Shown here in pieces: positions 50,730 through 62,094 of a stretch of DNA of 64,000 nucleotides. How positions within the stretch are numbered: the first letter of the stretch is position 1; every line of letters starts with the position of its first letter. Both the position numbers and the translations under genes were made by a program. Under the pieces are notes generated by a model that searched no databases, was not told the DNA's origin, and saw only the letters and a list, made by a program, of their open reading frames with translations. This DNA comes from Dendrobates tinctorius (Eukaryota), in the NCBI RefSeq assembly GCF_039654945.1, contig NW_027361714.1, positions 63,612,001 through 63,676,000 on the forward strand, written 5' to 3'.

Positions 50730-51580
50730 CTGTAATCCCTGGGCTCCAACACCGCCAGTTGTTGCTCAGAAGTGCCGTCTGCACAGACAAACACTAGCTC
50801 CTGTGTTAGTGGGGTTCAGTAACGCCAGCTGCTCCCCTGCTGTGTGTCCGGCAATATCTCCTGCTCCCTCCACATTCAAACTACATCAGATATTAAACTT
50901 GCTCCAAGTAGGCCTCAGCCTACACCATGATTGATTCTGGGCTCCAACACCGCCAGTTGCTGCTCGGAAGTGCCGTCTGCACAAAGAAAAACACTAGCTC
51001 CTGTGTTAGTGGGGTTCAGTAACACCAGCTGCTCCCCTGCTGTGTTTCCGGCAATGTCTCCTGCTCCCTTCACATTCAAACTACATCAGATATTAAACTT
51101 GCTCCAAGTAGGCCTCAGCCTACACCATGATTGATCCTGGACTCCAACACCGCCAGTTGCTGCTCGGAAGTGCCGTCTGCCCAGAAAAAAAACACTAGCT
51201 CCTGTGTTAGTGGGGTTCTGTAACGCCAGCTGCTCCCCTGCTGTGTGTCCGGCAATATCTCCTGCTCCCTCCACCTTCAAACTACATCAGATTTTAAACT
51301 TGCTCCAAGTAGGCCTCAGCCTACTCCATGATTGATCCTGGGTTCCAACACCGCCAGTTGTTGCTCGGAAGTGCCGTCTGCACAGAAAAAAACAGTAGCT
51401 CCTGTGTTAGTGGGGTTCAGTATTGCCAGCTGATCCCCTGCTGTGTGTCCGGCAATTTCGCCTGCTCTGTCCACATTCACACTACTCCAGATATTAAACT
51501 TGCTCCAATTAGGCCTCTGGCTACACTCTGTTTCAACTGTAATCCTTGGGCTCCAACACCGCCAGCTGCTGCTCAGAAGT
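50730..51580. repeat. ~199-bp tandem repeats (4+ units) in the hAT 3' region
   Basis: gg.tccaacaccgccag recurs at about 50741, 50939, 51139, 51339 and 51548. Confidence 0.85.
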
Positions 51581-51859
51581 GTCTTTGGCACAGGTACTCC
51601 CTCCTGCCCAGCCTGGTTCCAGCATGCCAGCTGATTACGGGTAGTGTCAATGTCACTTTGCCACCAATACGTTGTCCAGTCGGGTTACGGTCGGGTTAGC
51701 CGACTCTATGGTGCCTGCAGTTTAGGTGCTTCCTATGTGGGCTGCGGGATCTGGCAATAAAGGCTGTTTCCGTAGTGCCAATAGGACAAGCACCCCCTGT
51801 AGGACTGTGGGTTTCGGTAACTGCGGCCGACTCGCGGCATTGCAACGTTGTTTTTCATG

Positions 51860-52410
51860 GGTACCTTCTGCTACCCATCCAGGTTTCAGCACTGTCAGCT
51901 GGTTCTCGGCAGTGCCTTTGGCTTAGGTGCCTCCTTCTCGGTATCCGAGTTCCAGCAACGTCTGCTGGTCCTTGGTATTGCTTTCTAGCACAGGTACCTC
52001 CTGCTTCGTAACCGGGTTCCAGTACCATCAGCTGGTCCTCGGTAGTGCCACTGGCTCTTGTTCCTTCTGCTGCCCCTCCGGGTTCCAGCACCGTCAGCTG
52101 GTTCTCGGCAGTGCCTTTGGCTTAGGTGCCTCCATCTCGGTGTGCAAGTTCCAGCAACGTCTAGTGGTCCTTGGTAGTGCTTTCTAGCACAGGTACCACC
52201 TGCTTAGTCACCGGGTTCCAGTACCATTCAGCTGGTCCTCGGTAGTGTCATTGGCTCTTGTTCCTTCTGCTGCCCATCCTGGTTCCATCACCGTCAGCTG
52301 GTCCTCGGTAGTGCCATTGCCTTTTGTTCCTTCTGCTGCCCCTCCGGGTTCCAGCACCATAAGCTGGTTCTCTGCAGTTCCTCAGCCTTCTTGTACCTTC
52401 TGCTACATTT
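51860..52410. repeat. ~60-bp subunit / ~185-bp tandem repeats
   Basis: Recurring gggttccagcaccgtcagctggt.ctcgg.agtgcc. Confidence 0.75.
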
Positions 52411-53026
52411 CCAAGTTCAAACTTTTTGAAATGGTTTTTGGTAATCACTCTGGATCTCACTGATGACGACCCTGAAGACCACCCCAAAGAAGACCAAAAA
52501 GATGACCCTGAAGATGACCAAGAGGACAAAGAACATGAAGACAACCACCAAGATACAGAACAACAAGAGACAGAAGACCAAGAAGCAGAAGAACAAAAAG
52601 CAGAAGAACATTAAGCATAAGACTAAAAATCAGAGCAAAAGATATTATCTAAATTATAAGTAGAAGACTAAGCAGTGTATGGGGGTGAGTCCGTTCCTCC
52701 TCGTGGTGCCCCTGGAAAATGCCTGCTGCTGCAGGCCAAACTGAATGCGGACAAATCCTGTTGTAAATCTTTTGTGACAGGCAGAACGGCTGGTGTAATC
52801 TTCAAACTTTTATAGATAACTACAAATAAGAATATGATGAAGAAGAAGAATAGGAAGAAGATGAAGAAGTAGAATAAGAATATGAAGAATGTAAAAAAAA
52901 TGAATAATAGGAAGAAGGTGAAGAAGTAGATGAAAAAGATGCTGCTGCTGCTGAGGATCATGAAGGAGAAAGTGTGGTAGAAGTAAAAAAGAAGGTTTAG
53001 AGCATGGAAGTAGTGAAACATACATA

Positions 53027-54631
53027 CAGTGGGGCAAAAAAGTATTTAGTCAGTCAGCAATAGTGCAAGTTCCACCACTTAAAAAGATGAGAGGCATCTG
53101 TAATTTACATCATAGGTAGACCTCAACTATGGGAGACAAACTGAGAAAAAAAAATCCAGAAAATCACATTGTCTGTTTTTTTTTCATTTTATTTGCATAT
53201 TATGGTGGAAAATAAGTATTTGGTCAGAAACAAAATTTCATCTCAATACTTTGTGATATATCCTTTGTTGGCAATGACAGAGGTCAAACGTTTTCTGTAA
53301 GTCTTCACAAGGTTGCCACACACTGTTGTTGGTATGTTGGCCCATTCCTCCATGCAGATCTCCTCTAGAGCAGTGATGTTTTTGGCTTTTCGCTTGGCAA
53401 CACGGACTTTCAACTCCCTCCAAAGGTTTTCTATAGGGTTGAGATCTGGAGACTGGCTAGGCCACTCCAGGACCTTGAAATGCTTCTTACGAAGCCACTC
53501 CTTCGTTGCCCTGGCGGTGTGCTTTGGATCATTGTCATGTTGAAAGACCCAGCCACGTTTCATCTTCAATGCCCTTGCTGATGGAAGGAGGTTTGCACTC
53601 AAAATCTCACGATACATGGCCCTATTCATTCTTTCATGTACCCGGATCAGTCGTCCTGGCCCCTTTGCAGAGAAACAGCCCCAAAGCATGATGTTTCCAC
53701 CACCATGCTTTACAGTAGGTATGGTGTTTGATGGATGCAACTCAGTATTCTTTTTCCTCCAAACACGACAAGTTGTGTTTCTACCAAACAGTTCCAGTTT
53801 GGTTTCATCAGACCATAGGACATTCTCCCAAAACTCCTCTGGATCATCCAAATGCTCTCTAGCAAACTTCAGACGGGCCCGGACATGTACAGGCTTAAGC
53901 AGTGGGACACGTCTGGCACTGCAGGATCTGAGTCCATGGTGGCGTAGTGTGTTACTTATGGTAGGCCTTGTTACATTGGTCCCAGCTCTCTGCAGTTCAT
54001 TCACTAGGTCCCCCCGCGTGGTTCTGGGATTTTTGCTCACCGTTCTTGTGATCTTTCTGACCCCACGGGGTGGGATTTTGCGTGGAGCACCAGATCGAGG
54101 GAGATTATCAGTGGTCTTGTATGTCTTCCATTTTCTAATTATTGCTCCCACAGTTGATTTCTTCACTCCAAGCTGGTTGGCTATTGCAGATTCAGTCTTC
54201 CCAGCCTGGTGCAGGGCTACAATTTTGTTTCTGGTGTCCTTTGACAGCTCTTTGGTCTTCACCATAGTGGAGTTTGGAGTCAGACTGTTTGAGGGTGTGC
54301 ACAGGTGTCTTTTTATACTGATAACAAGTTTAAACAGGTGCCATTACTACAGGTAATGAGTGGAGGAAAGAGGAGACTCTTAAAGAAGAAGTTACAGGTC
54401 TGTGAGAGCCAGAAATCTTGATTGCTTGTTTCTGACCAAATACTTATTTTCCACCATAATATGCAAATAAAATGAAAAAAAAACAGACAATGTGATTTTC
54501 TGGATTTTTTTTATCAGTTTGTCTCCCATAGTTGAGGTCTACCTATGATGTAAATTACAGACGCCTCTCATCTTTTTAAGTGGTGGAACTTGCACTATTG
54601 CTGACTGACTAAATACTTTTTTGCCCCACTG
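53027..54631 (-). mobile_element. Intact Tc1 transposon, near-identical to 36412-38017
   Basis: TA-flanked, same TIRs; target palindrome acaTAtgt. Confidence 0.97.
53243..54265 (-). CDS. Tc1 transposase, DD34E, 340 aa
   Basis: Identical to the 36779-37801 protein except HPSN versus HPLN. Confidence 0.95.
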   Translation of the reverse strand: MVKTKELSKDTRNKIVALHQAGKTESAIANQLGVKKSTVGAIIRKWKTYKTTDNLPRSGAPRKIPPRGVRKITRTVSKNPRTTRGDLVNELQRAGTNVTRPTISNTLRHHGLRSCSARRVPLLKPVHVRARLKFAREHLDDPEEFWENVLWSDETKLELFGRNTTCRVWRKKNTELHPSNTIPTVKHGGGNIMLWGCFSAKGPGRLIRVHERMNRAMYREILSANLLPSARALKMKRGWVFQHDNDPKHTARATKEWLRKKHFKVLEWPSQSPDLNPIENLWRELKVRVAKRKAKNITALEEICMEEWANIPTTVCGNLVKTYRKRLTSVIANKGYITKY

Positions 54632-55200
54632 TATGTCTTCAATAGACTGCATACATGGGTATATTGCAAGATTTAATAAAGGTTTTATTTAATTTAAGGG
54701 ATCTTTAGTTAGGAATTTTTTGCCTTAGATAATATGTAAATTTGTCCAGGGTACAAAACAAAATAAAAGATTGAGAAAAGGTTGCAACGCAGGATGGTCC
54801 AGATGGGGGATAAGCAGCCTCAATCAATTTCCAAATAAATTCAAGCTCTAATGCAGGGGTCAGGGTGCATCAGTGTCAGCGCAAACTATCCGTGAATAAG
54901 ATGAAATGCTATGGCAGGAGATCCGGGAGGACCAGACTGCTTACTAAGAAACATAAAAAAGCTAGACTGCTGTTTGTCAAAATGTACATGAGCAAGTCAA
55001 AATCCTTCTGGGGAAGCATCTTGTGGATGCCAACAATTTTGTCAGGTTTTTCGGGGGATTTGATGTGAAATAAAATCGAATTTCCTTTTTTGTTTTTGTG
55101 TTGTTCCAATACACACCAAGGAAATAAACATGTTTAACACAACATGTAATTGCAATAATTTTCTTGACACTTCATTTTCTGGAATATCAAGGGTGCCAAT

Positions 55201-58070
55201 TAGTGATGGGCACGCAATAAAATGCTTGGGTGCTCGTTGCTCGGCTGCTCGACCCGAGCAACAAGCCCAATGTAAGTCTATGGGAAACACAAGCATTTTT
55301 ATCGCGCCCCCCCAGGGGTCTTTAGAGCGTCTATAAACTGTGGAAATTGATGGAAAAAAATGCTCAAATGACATGGGAACAGCATAGGGAAAGCCCCTGG
55401 AAGCATTTCTGACTCCCAGGTCACTGTTGTAAACAATGTTGCGTTTTGAATTTTAGCGGAGTATGTGTGTCTGTCTGCGTGTGTGTATGGCTCTCTGTGT
55501 GTGTGTACGGTTCTCTGCATGTGTGTGCCTGTCTGTGGCCGTCAGTGTGTGCGGGTGTCTGCGTGTGTGCGGCTGTCTGCATGTGTCTGCAGCTATGTGC
55601 GATAAAGCTACCGCCAGTACTGTCGGTCATAGCACTACGGGATCATGCTGGCAGATGTCAGCGTCATTTCACAGCTGACTGTGACCCGCAGTGGTGACCT
55701 GCAGTAAAAAAAGCTGGCTTGGCCCGATGAGACTACTGCTCCCATTGGGCTATGTCTGGTGTCACTGATAACAGAGACCACAGGTGCTGCTGATGGGAGA
55801 GTAGTATCATCTGCCAGTGCCTGTGCTCACAGTTAAAAAATCTGTTAAAAAAGTAAAATTACATACATATTCAAATAATACAGACATATTCATACATAAT
55901 ACATATTCATATAAAAATTAAAAAAAATTACACTCACCGCACACCAAATCCCCGACGCCCTCGTCTCGTAGAAACGTCAAATAAACCAACATATTCCCCC
56001 TGTCCGCTGTAGTCCAAGGTAATCCAGATTGTCTCACGGCAATCTCACGTGTAGAACAGTCACATCGGGAGATGTGAACGCTCTACCCAGCCGGCGATAC
56101 ACTGAGAGGAGGTAATTGCCCCCCCGCAGTGCACCAGCTGATAGGCTCCGGTGCTCTCCCTTACGGCATTGCTGCATGGGAAAGTTCTCACACAGCGGTA
56201 CTGCCATAAATGAGAGCTCATGAACTCCAGAGAACTCTCACGGCAGTGCAGTGATACAATGCAGGAGACATTACCTCCTGTCAGTGTATCACCGGAGGCC
56301 GGTAGAGTAGTCACATCTCCCGATGTCACTGTTCTACACGTGAGATTGTCATGGGACACTTGGTAAATGGACTACGGCGGACAGGGAGTATTATATGTTG
56401 GTGTATTATTTTATTTTTGTTGCAGGAGACAAGGGAGTTGGGGATTAGGCGATGCAGTATGGTTTAATTAAGATTATTAAAGGAGTCTGTGTGATTATTT
56501 CAAATAAAGGACTTTTTTCTGGCTATGTCTTTATTTACCATATAACTATAGGATTAGTAATGGATTGGTGTCTTATAGATGCTTCTCCATTACTAATCTA
56601 TGGGCTTGATGTCACCGGACAATACAAAGGTGACATCAAAGTCACAAATATTACCCCACTTGCCACCACTACAGGGCAAGTGGATGAGCAAGGCTAAGTG
56701 CCCGAATCGGCGCATCTACAAGATGCACCATTTCTAAGGCGGCTGAGAGCAGATGTTTTTAGCCTGGGGGCAAATATCCAAGGCCCCTTCCCAAGCTATT
56801 AATATCAGCCTGCAGATGTGTGCCTAGCCTTTGCTGGTTTGATTTTATAGGATGACGCAATGTCGATTTTCTTCTGGTGTATACACAGTAAAGGCCAAGC
56901 AAACATCTGTGAGCTGATACTAACAGCCTGGTCTCTTTGTGCAGCTAATAAAGTTGAGTTGCTGTCCATGACTTTTCTTCAGCAAAATGCTGCAAATAAT
57001 GATACCTGGGTTTTTGCTGCATTTTTTAATGCTAATTTTCAGCTGCTTTTTACAGTACCAGCAAAGCCTATGAGATTTCAGCCAATGGGTAAAAAACGCT
57101 GCAAAAGCGCTGAAAGAAGTGACAAGCTCTATGTCCAAAAAAAAGCAGCAAAGCACAAAATCCTGATGACAAAAAAATCAATGTGTGTGCATGAGATTTC
57201 TGAAATCTCATAGGCTTTGCTGGTACTGTAAAAAGCAGCTGAAAATTAGCATTAAAAAGCAACAAAAACGCATGCATCATTACTTGCAGCATTTTGCTGA
57301 AGAAGTGATGGACAGCAAATCAACTTTATTAGCATGCACAAAGGGACACAAGTTAGCTCAAAAACTGCAATGAAAAACGCACCAAAAATGCACCTAAACC
57401 TGTTTTTTTGCCTCAGCTTCTTTCCTGCCAAGAAATCAGGTTTTGGTGCAGAATAAAAATGCAGAAAAAATGCCCCGTGTGAACATACCATAACAGCAAA
57501 CTAGTGTCAATAACTCCACTAAGGCTATGTGCGCACTTTGCGGCTTTGCTTGTGGAAATTTTGGTCTCTGCCTCTCTTGGCAGAAAATGCAGTTGAAATT
57601 CTGTGCGGATTTGATGCGTTCTTCATGCAGATTTGTAAGCTAAAGATATATTATTTTTAAAATAATTGTGATGTAATTTCCTTGTTCAACCTCTACTTTT
57701 TAATTCTCCATTGAAGACCATAATATCATTACATACCATGTTCAAATATAATGTTTACACACACAAAACAAATATAAACATATACATGTAATACCAAGCC
57801 CGAGGTTTAGTAATGAACAGGTGTCAGCCAGATACCCTTATTAATAAAACGGTACATAAAGAGTTAAAGACACACAGACACACACTCACAAAATCTGCGT
57901 GAAATGCAATATCTGTTTATTTTTCAAAAAGTTTGAGAAAAAATTGCGTGAGCTCCCGTATAATTTTCATAACCAGCAGAGGGAAAGCCGACGGCTGAGG
58001 GCTGATGTTAATATTCGGGGAAGGAGCCAATAGCCATAAATGTTCCCAGGCTATTAATATCAGCTCACAG
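55201..58070. mobile_element. Cluster of nested non-autonomous DNA elements with long internal inverted repeats
   Basis: hAT-like start tagtgatgggcacgc at 55201; (GT)n-rich tract; hairpins at about 56010-56390 and 56935-57350. Confidence 0.5.
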
Positions 58071-58074
58071 ATGC

Positions 58075-61000
58075 AGGTCTCCTGGCCTGATCTAATACCT
58101 GGCGGCACAGCAGCATACCAGAGTCTGGAGCCGACACAAAGCAGCGGCACCTGTGATGGGCTCAAGCTGCCTGCCATGCAGGCAACGGTTTGTTTTTAAA
58201 ACAGAGAGACAGCAGCAGGAGGGTGAGCTGTTAGGCAGCAAGGAAAGAGGGAGAACAGCGAAGAAGGAAGGCCTCCGTACCTACCTGGCTAGGTGTATCC
58301 AAAATTGCTTCCAGGCTGCCCGGCTCTCCATTATGATCTGTTACCAGTGCCCCGGTCTGTACTAACAACCATCAAGTAAAGGAAAAGAAAACTACAGCCC
58401 TTGTGTCTTCCAGTGATCTCTTGAGTCCTGCACCCCAAGGTACACAAAGCCTGACATAAATGGAACCAGTAGCCCTGGGGCCCAGCTCCATCTGTGGGGA
58501 GCTGAACCATTCCAGCTGTGTCACCATCAGCTGCAGCTGTCTCCTTTAGCAGCATCGGCCATTCGTTGCCAAACACCACAGGAGGCGTCACATTAAATCC
58601 CATATACATATTCCCCATTTTACAGCAGAGCCAGGGCCACAGAGTTGGGTCACAGCCCCATGAATTCCCCAAAGAACTGTCCGACCCAGTTCTGAGTACC
58701 CCACGGCTCTGGTGGGCATGTCATTTTGGCATCACAAACAGGATTTCGTAGCCCGGTATTACTGGGTACTGTGTGCCATAGACTTTATTGAACTGTACAA
58801 TAGGTGCACAAAAAGCAGGAGGCCCCAACTTGGAAACTCCTGGGAGCTCAATCCATCCCGCCTGCGGAGCAGCCGCTTACTACGGTAACGATACCCAGAG
58901 CCTGGCTGAGGTTCACTAGGAGGAAAGAAGATGCCCAATGTAAGAGAGGATCCAGTGGCGGCCGCAGCCACCATAATGCCTTTATCCATGCCATATATCC
59001 CAGGGGTGGCCTGGCTACTTCAGTACTCAGGGGAGTCGCACACCCTGTGTGACTTTAAGGAGAGACTGCATAGTTTATTCAAAGTGTACCCCTTGTCAGA
59101 GAGCCAAAAAGTCAGCATCCTTATCGGCCAGCTAACCGATGTGGCCCAGAGGGAGGTGAAGTCCTGGCCGCACACTGACAAAAGAACTGTTAGGCTGGAG
59201 TCACACACAACGATTAAAAAAAATCGGTCCGATTTTTACGGTACGAAATCGCACAAAGATTTCTTGTCCAGAGATCCGTCTGTCATCCGAATTTCCGGCT
59301 ATGAACCGATTTTATTCGCATCTAAGCATCCGTTTGACATCCAATACCAATGCCTGATGCTCTTTCCTGGTGACCTGGAGAAGTCTTGTGTTTTTATCGC
59401 AAGGCACACTTGTGGTCCGTTTGTAATCCGATTTTTAATCGCACCCATAGACTTGCATTGGCGAGTCCGATACGAAAATCGGTGCATGCTGCGATTGTCT
59501 CGGTCCGAGAAAACGTTCCGAAAAAAAATCGGATGATGGGAGCAGCACCATAGAATAACATTGGGACGAATGCAATGCGATTTTTTTATCGCATTGCATT
59601 CGTCCGATTTTTTCGCTAGTGTGACTTCAGCCTTTGGCAAATTCTGGCCCGGCTGAAGGACACTTTTGACACCTGCATAGCAGCGGTGATTAAAATTAAA
59701 TTCTACGAGTGCAAAGGGTGCAGGACAGTGTACGGGACTATGCCCTAAACCTGCAAGAGGCTCTGCAGGACATTAAGCAGGTAGACCCCGACAGTGTGCG
59801 AGATGAGGACAGATTGCTAACCAAGCAGTTTACTGAGGGGCTCCTGTCTACCACTCACCGGACACAGCTGCGCATTATGGCCCTGCAAAACCCTGACCTG
59901 GACTTCACGCGATTTAAAGACCGGGTCATCCGGGTTCTGTAAGAACCAACCCCAAGTGGCACTGCACCCCTCCAGTGCCCAGCTATCACATACCACCAGG
60001 AGGCGGCGTCCTTTTCCCCGGCACCTGTGAAGGCCGATGCGCAGACCCTAGATAATGACTCCTCTGCAGGCCTACATCTCCAGGTCCATGAGCTGACCAA
60101 AAGTGTGGCTGCACTAACCAAAACCATGTAGTCCATGCAAGTGTCCCCAAAGGAGTAGATCCAGTTGGCCTCCAGTCCAGAAGACATCCCATGGCGACGG
60201 CAGAGGAGAATCCCACTGACCAGAGAGAGACAACGATCGCTACGACCAGGACGGACAGCCCATCTGTTGCCGTTGCAACAAGGCGGGGCACATCGTAAGA
60301 TTCTGTAATTTAAACAAGCAACCCCTGGGGCAGAAGGACAACCCCCAGGAGTAAGATTATAGGGCCCAGAAAGCGGGCGAGACAAGTATGTGGGAGGATG
60401 GCCGGTCCTGCCCGTCATGCTTAATGGCATCCCGATGAACGCTTTATTGGACACCGGCTTCCAGGTGACAACAATGCCATATATCCTTTTTAAACGGTAT
60501 TGGACTGATTCAGACATTACTCGCAGCCCAGATGAACACTTTAACATCTTTGCCAGCAATGATCAGCCCTTGCCTCAGGTGGGGTATAAGGAGGTGACAT
60601 CAAGGTTGGCGGAGTAGAATTGCAGTCGCAAGGTTTGATTATAGTTGATATTGACAGACAAGAATGCCATCCTATGATTACTCTAGGCACCAATGTAATA
60701 GAGAATTGTCTTGGAGAAATTATTGTTTTGTTGCAACAGGTAGCCGAGACCGCCAGTTCCAGTCAGCAGCGTGTCCTGCAAAAGGAAATCAGAGCCCTGA
60801 TGAAGAGACAACAGGTAGAGCTGGTGGAGAAGTCGGCAGTGTCAGAGCGAGTGATCCATTCACCATTGCGATACCCCCTAGGAGTGAAATGTTGATTTGG
60901 TGTCGGCAGCAATAGGCCACAGGGGGTCAAGATTACCAGACCCTGGTAGAACCCGTGTACTCTGATAGTAGACCCCCCACCCTGACAGCCAGTGTGGTCG

Positions 61001-61075
61001 TCGATATCCGCAAGGTGAGGGTACCGATATGCTTCCTGAATTGTGGAGAGAAAGAGGTCCATTTACCCCTGTATG
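58075..61075 (+). mobile_element. Decayed Gypsy LTR retrotransposon (partial LTR, PBS, gag, protease)
   Basis: LTR end ...tgtca (58723), then PBS-like tggcatcacaaacaggat; gag MPYIPG..YSGESHTL.DFKERL and DSVRDYALNLQEAL; CCRCNKAGHIVRFC knuckle (about 60265); ALLDTG protease. Confidence 0.75.
59193..59632. mobile_element. PIF/Harbinger-type MITE in Gypsy gag
   Basis: tta|ggctggagtcacac...gtgtgacttcagcc|ttt. Confidence 0.75.
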
Positions 61076-61470
61076 CATCCTGTAGGTCTATCGTTGCCAT
61101 GACGAAATCCTGCCCAATCAGAGGTACAGTTGTCCTGACGGATTCCATCTTGAATCTTCTGTATGCTACAGATTGATTCAATGGTTTCAGATTACCCGGT
61201 GAGATCCGTTTAGTTTCTATATGAGGTACAGGTTTGAATAATGTCCCGTTCCTTTCTCTTTCTCGGACCATGTAGACTACCCCTGTGGCTATTAGGTTTC
61301 CTACTCCCACTATCAGGGCGGACAGTAGCTCTGGAGAGGAGAGTCGCGTTGCTTTTATTGTCTTTCGAGGATATGAGAAAAATTCTATTTTTATTCCTTC
61401 CCTGACTGGTTTTAGAGTCCATTGATCTGAGCAGATCTTGTGCACTGAGGAAGAAAGTTTGAGATGCGAC
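61070..61470 (-). mobile_element. DIRS1-like retrotransposon RT fragment
   Basis: ORF 60933-61619 contains NLKPLNQSVAYRRFKMESVRTTVPLIGQDFVMATIDLQDAY, the FKME...IDL.DAY signature of DIRS RT. Confidence 0.7.
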
Positions 61471-62094
61471 CTCCTACCATGATGCAAGTGTACTGAGCAA
61501 GGCTGGACATGACTAGTCAGAATGGGGCCGAAAGTATGCAAATCGCATACTTGCGGACACATCACGGACCACTCTTGGCAACGTAGAATCCCCGCAGTGG
61601 GCACAATGTGAGTATTCACAAGTCTGTAGTAACATAGAGTGACTGTAGACTTGTAGCCTGAGGCGGGTTAACCCCTTTAAAAACAAGATGATAGGCTCAA
61701 TACCATCAAGGGGGAGGGTCTAATTGCTAGATTTGCAACATTCATGCAACATGCGATAGTGTTAGGTATGTGCCCACGATCAGGAATCGGCAGCGCTTTG
61801 GACGCAGCACATGTCCGCTGCGTCCAAAGCGCTGCCGGCTTATGAACGAAGGTGATTCTGCATGTGATCTCTGAACCGTGCGGAATCAACGCGTTCAGTA
61901 CATTGTAAGGGTGAAATTTATCTTGTAGAGGATCGCGTCTTCACAAGATAAATTGACATGCTGTGGTCTGTAGAGAAGTGTCACATATCGGTCTCCGCGG
62001 GTGAGCTGAGGGCATCTGTGCACACATAGTGTACATGGCTTTTCTTGAAATCCCATCTACAACGATTTAACATCAGGACACTGCAGGTTGGATG

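Larger units (their letters stand above)
46141..53024 (+). mobile_element. hAT-superfamily transposon, decayed; right end not found
   Basis: Left end tagtgctgagcattccgatac with gatac/gtatc subterminal repeats; transposase fragments; long 3' tandem repeats; abuts the Tc1 at 53027. Confidence 0.85.

Noticed and set aside
38018-53026. Inversion between the two inverted Tc1 copies
   Set aside because: Both flanks of the 36412-38017 copy appear to belong to the same interrupted MITE-like element, so flanks have not obviously been exchanged.
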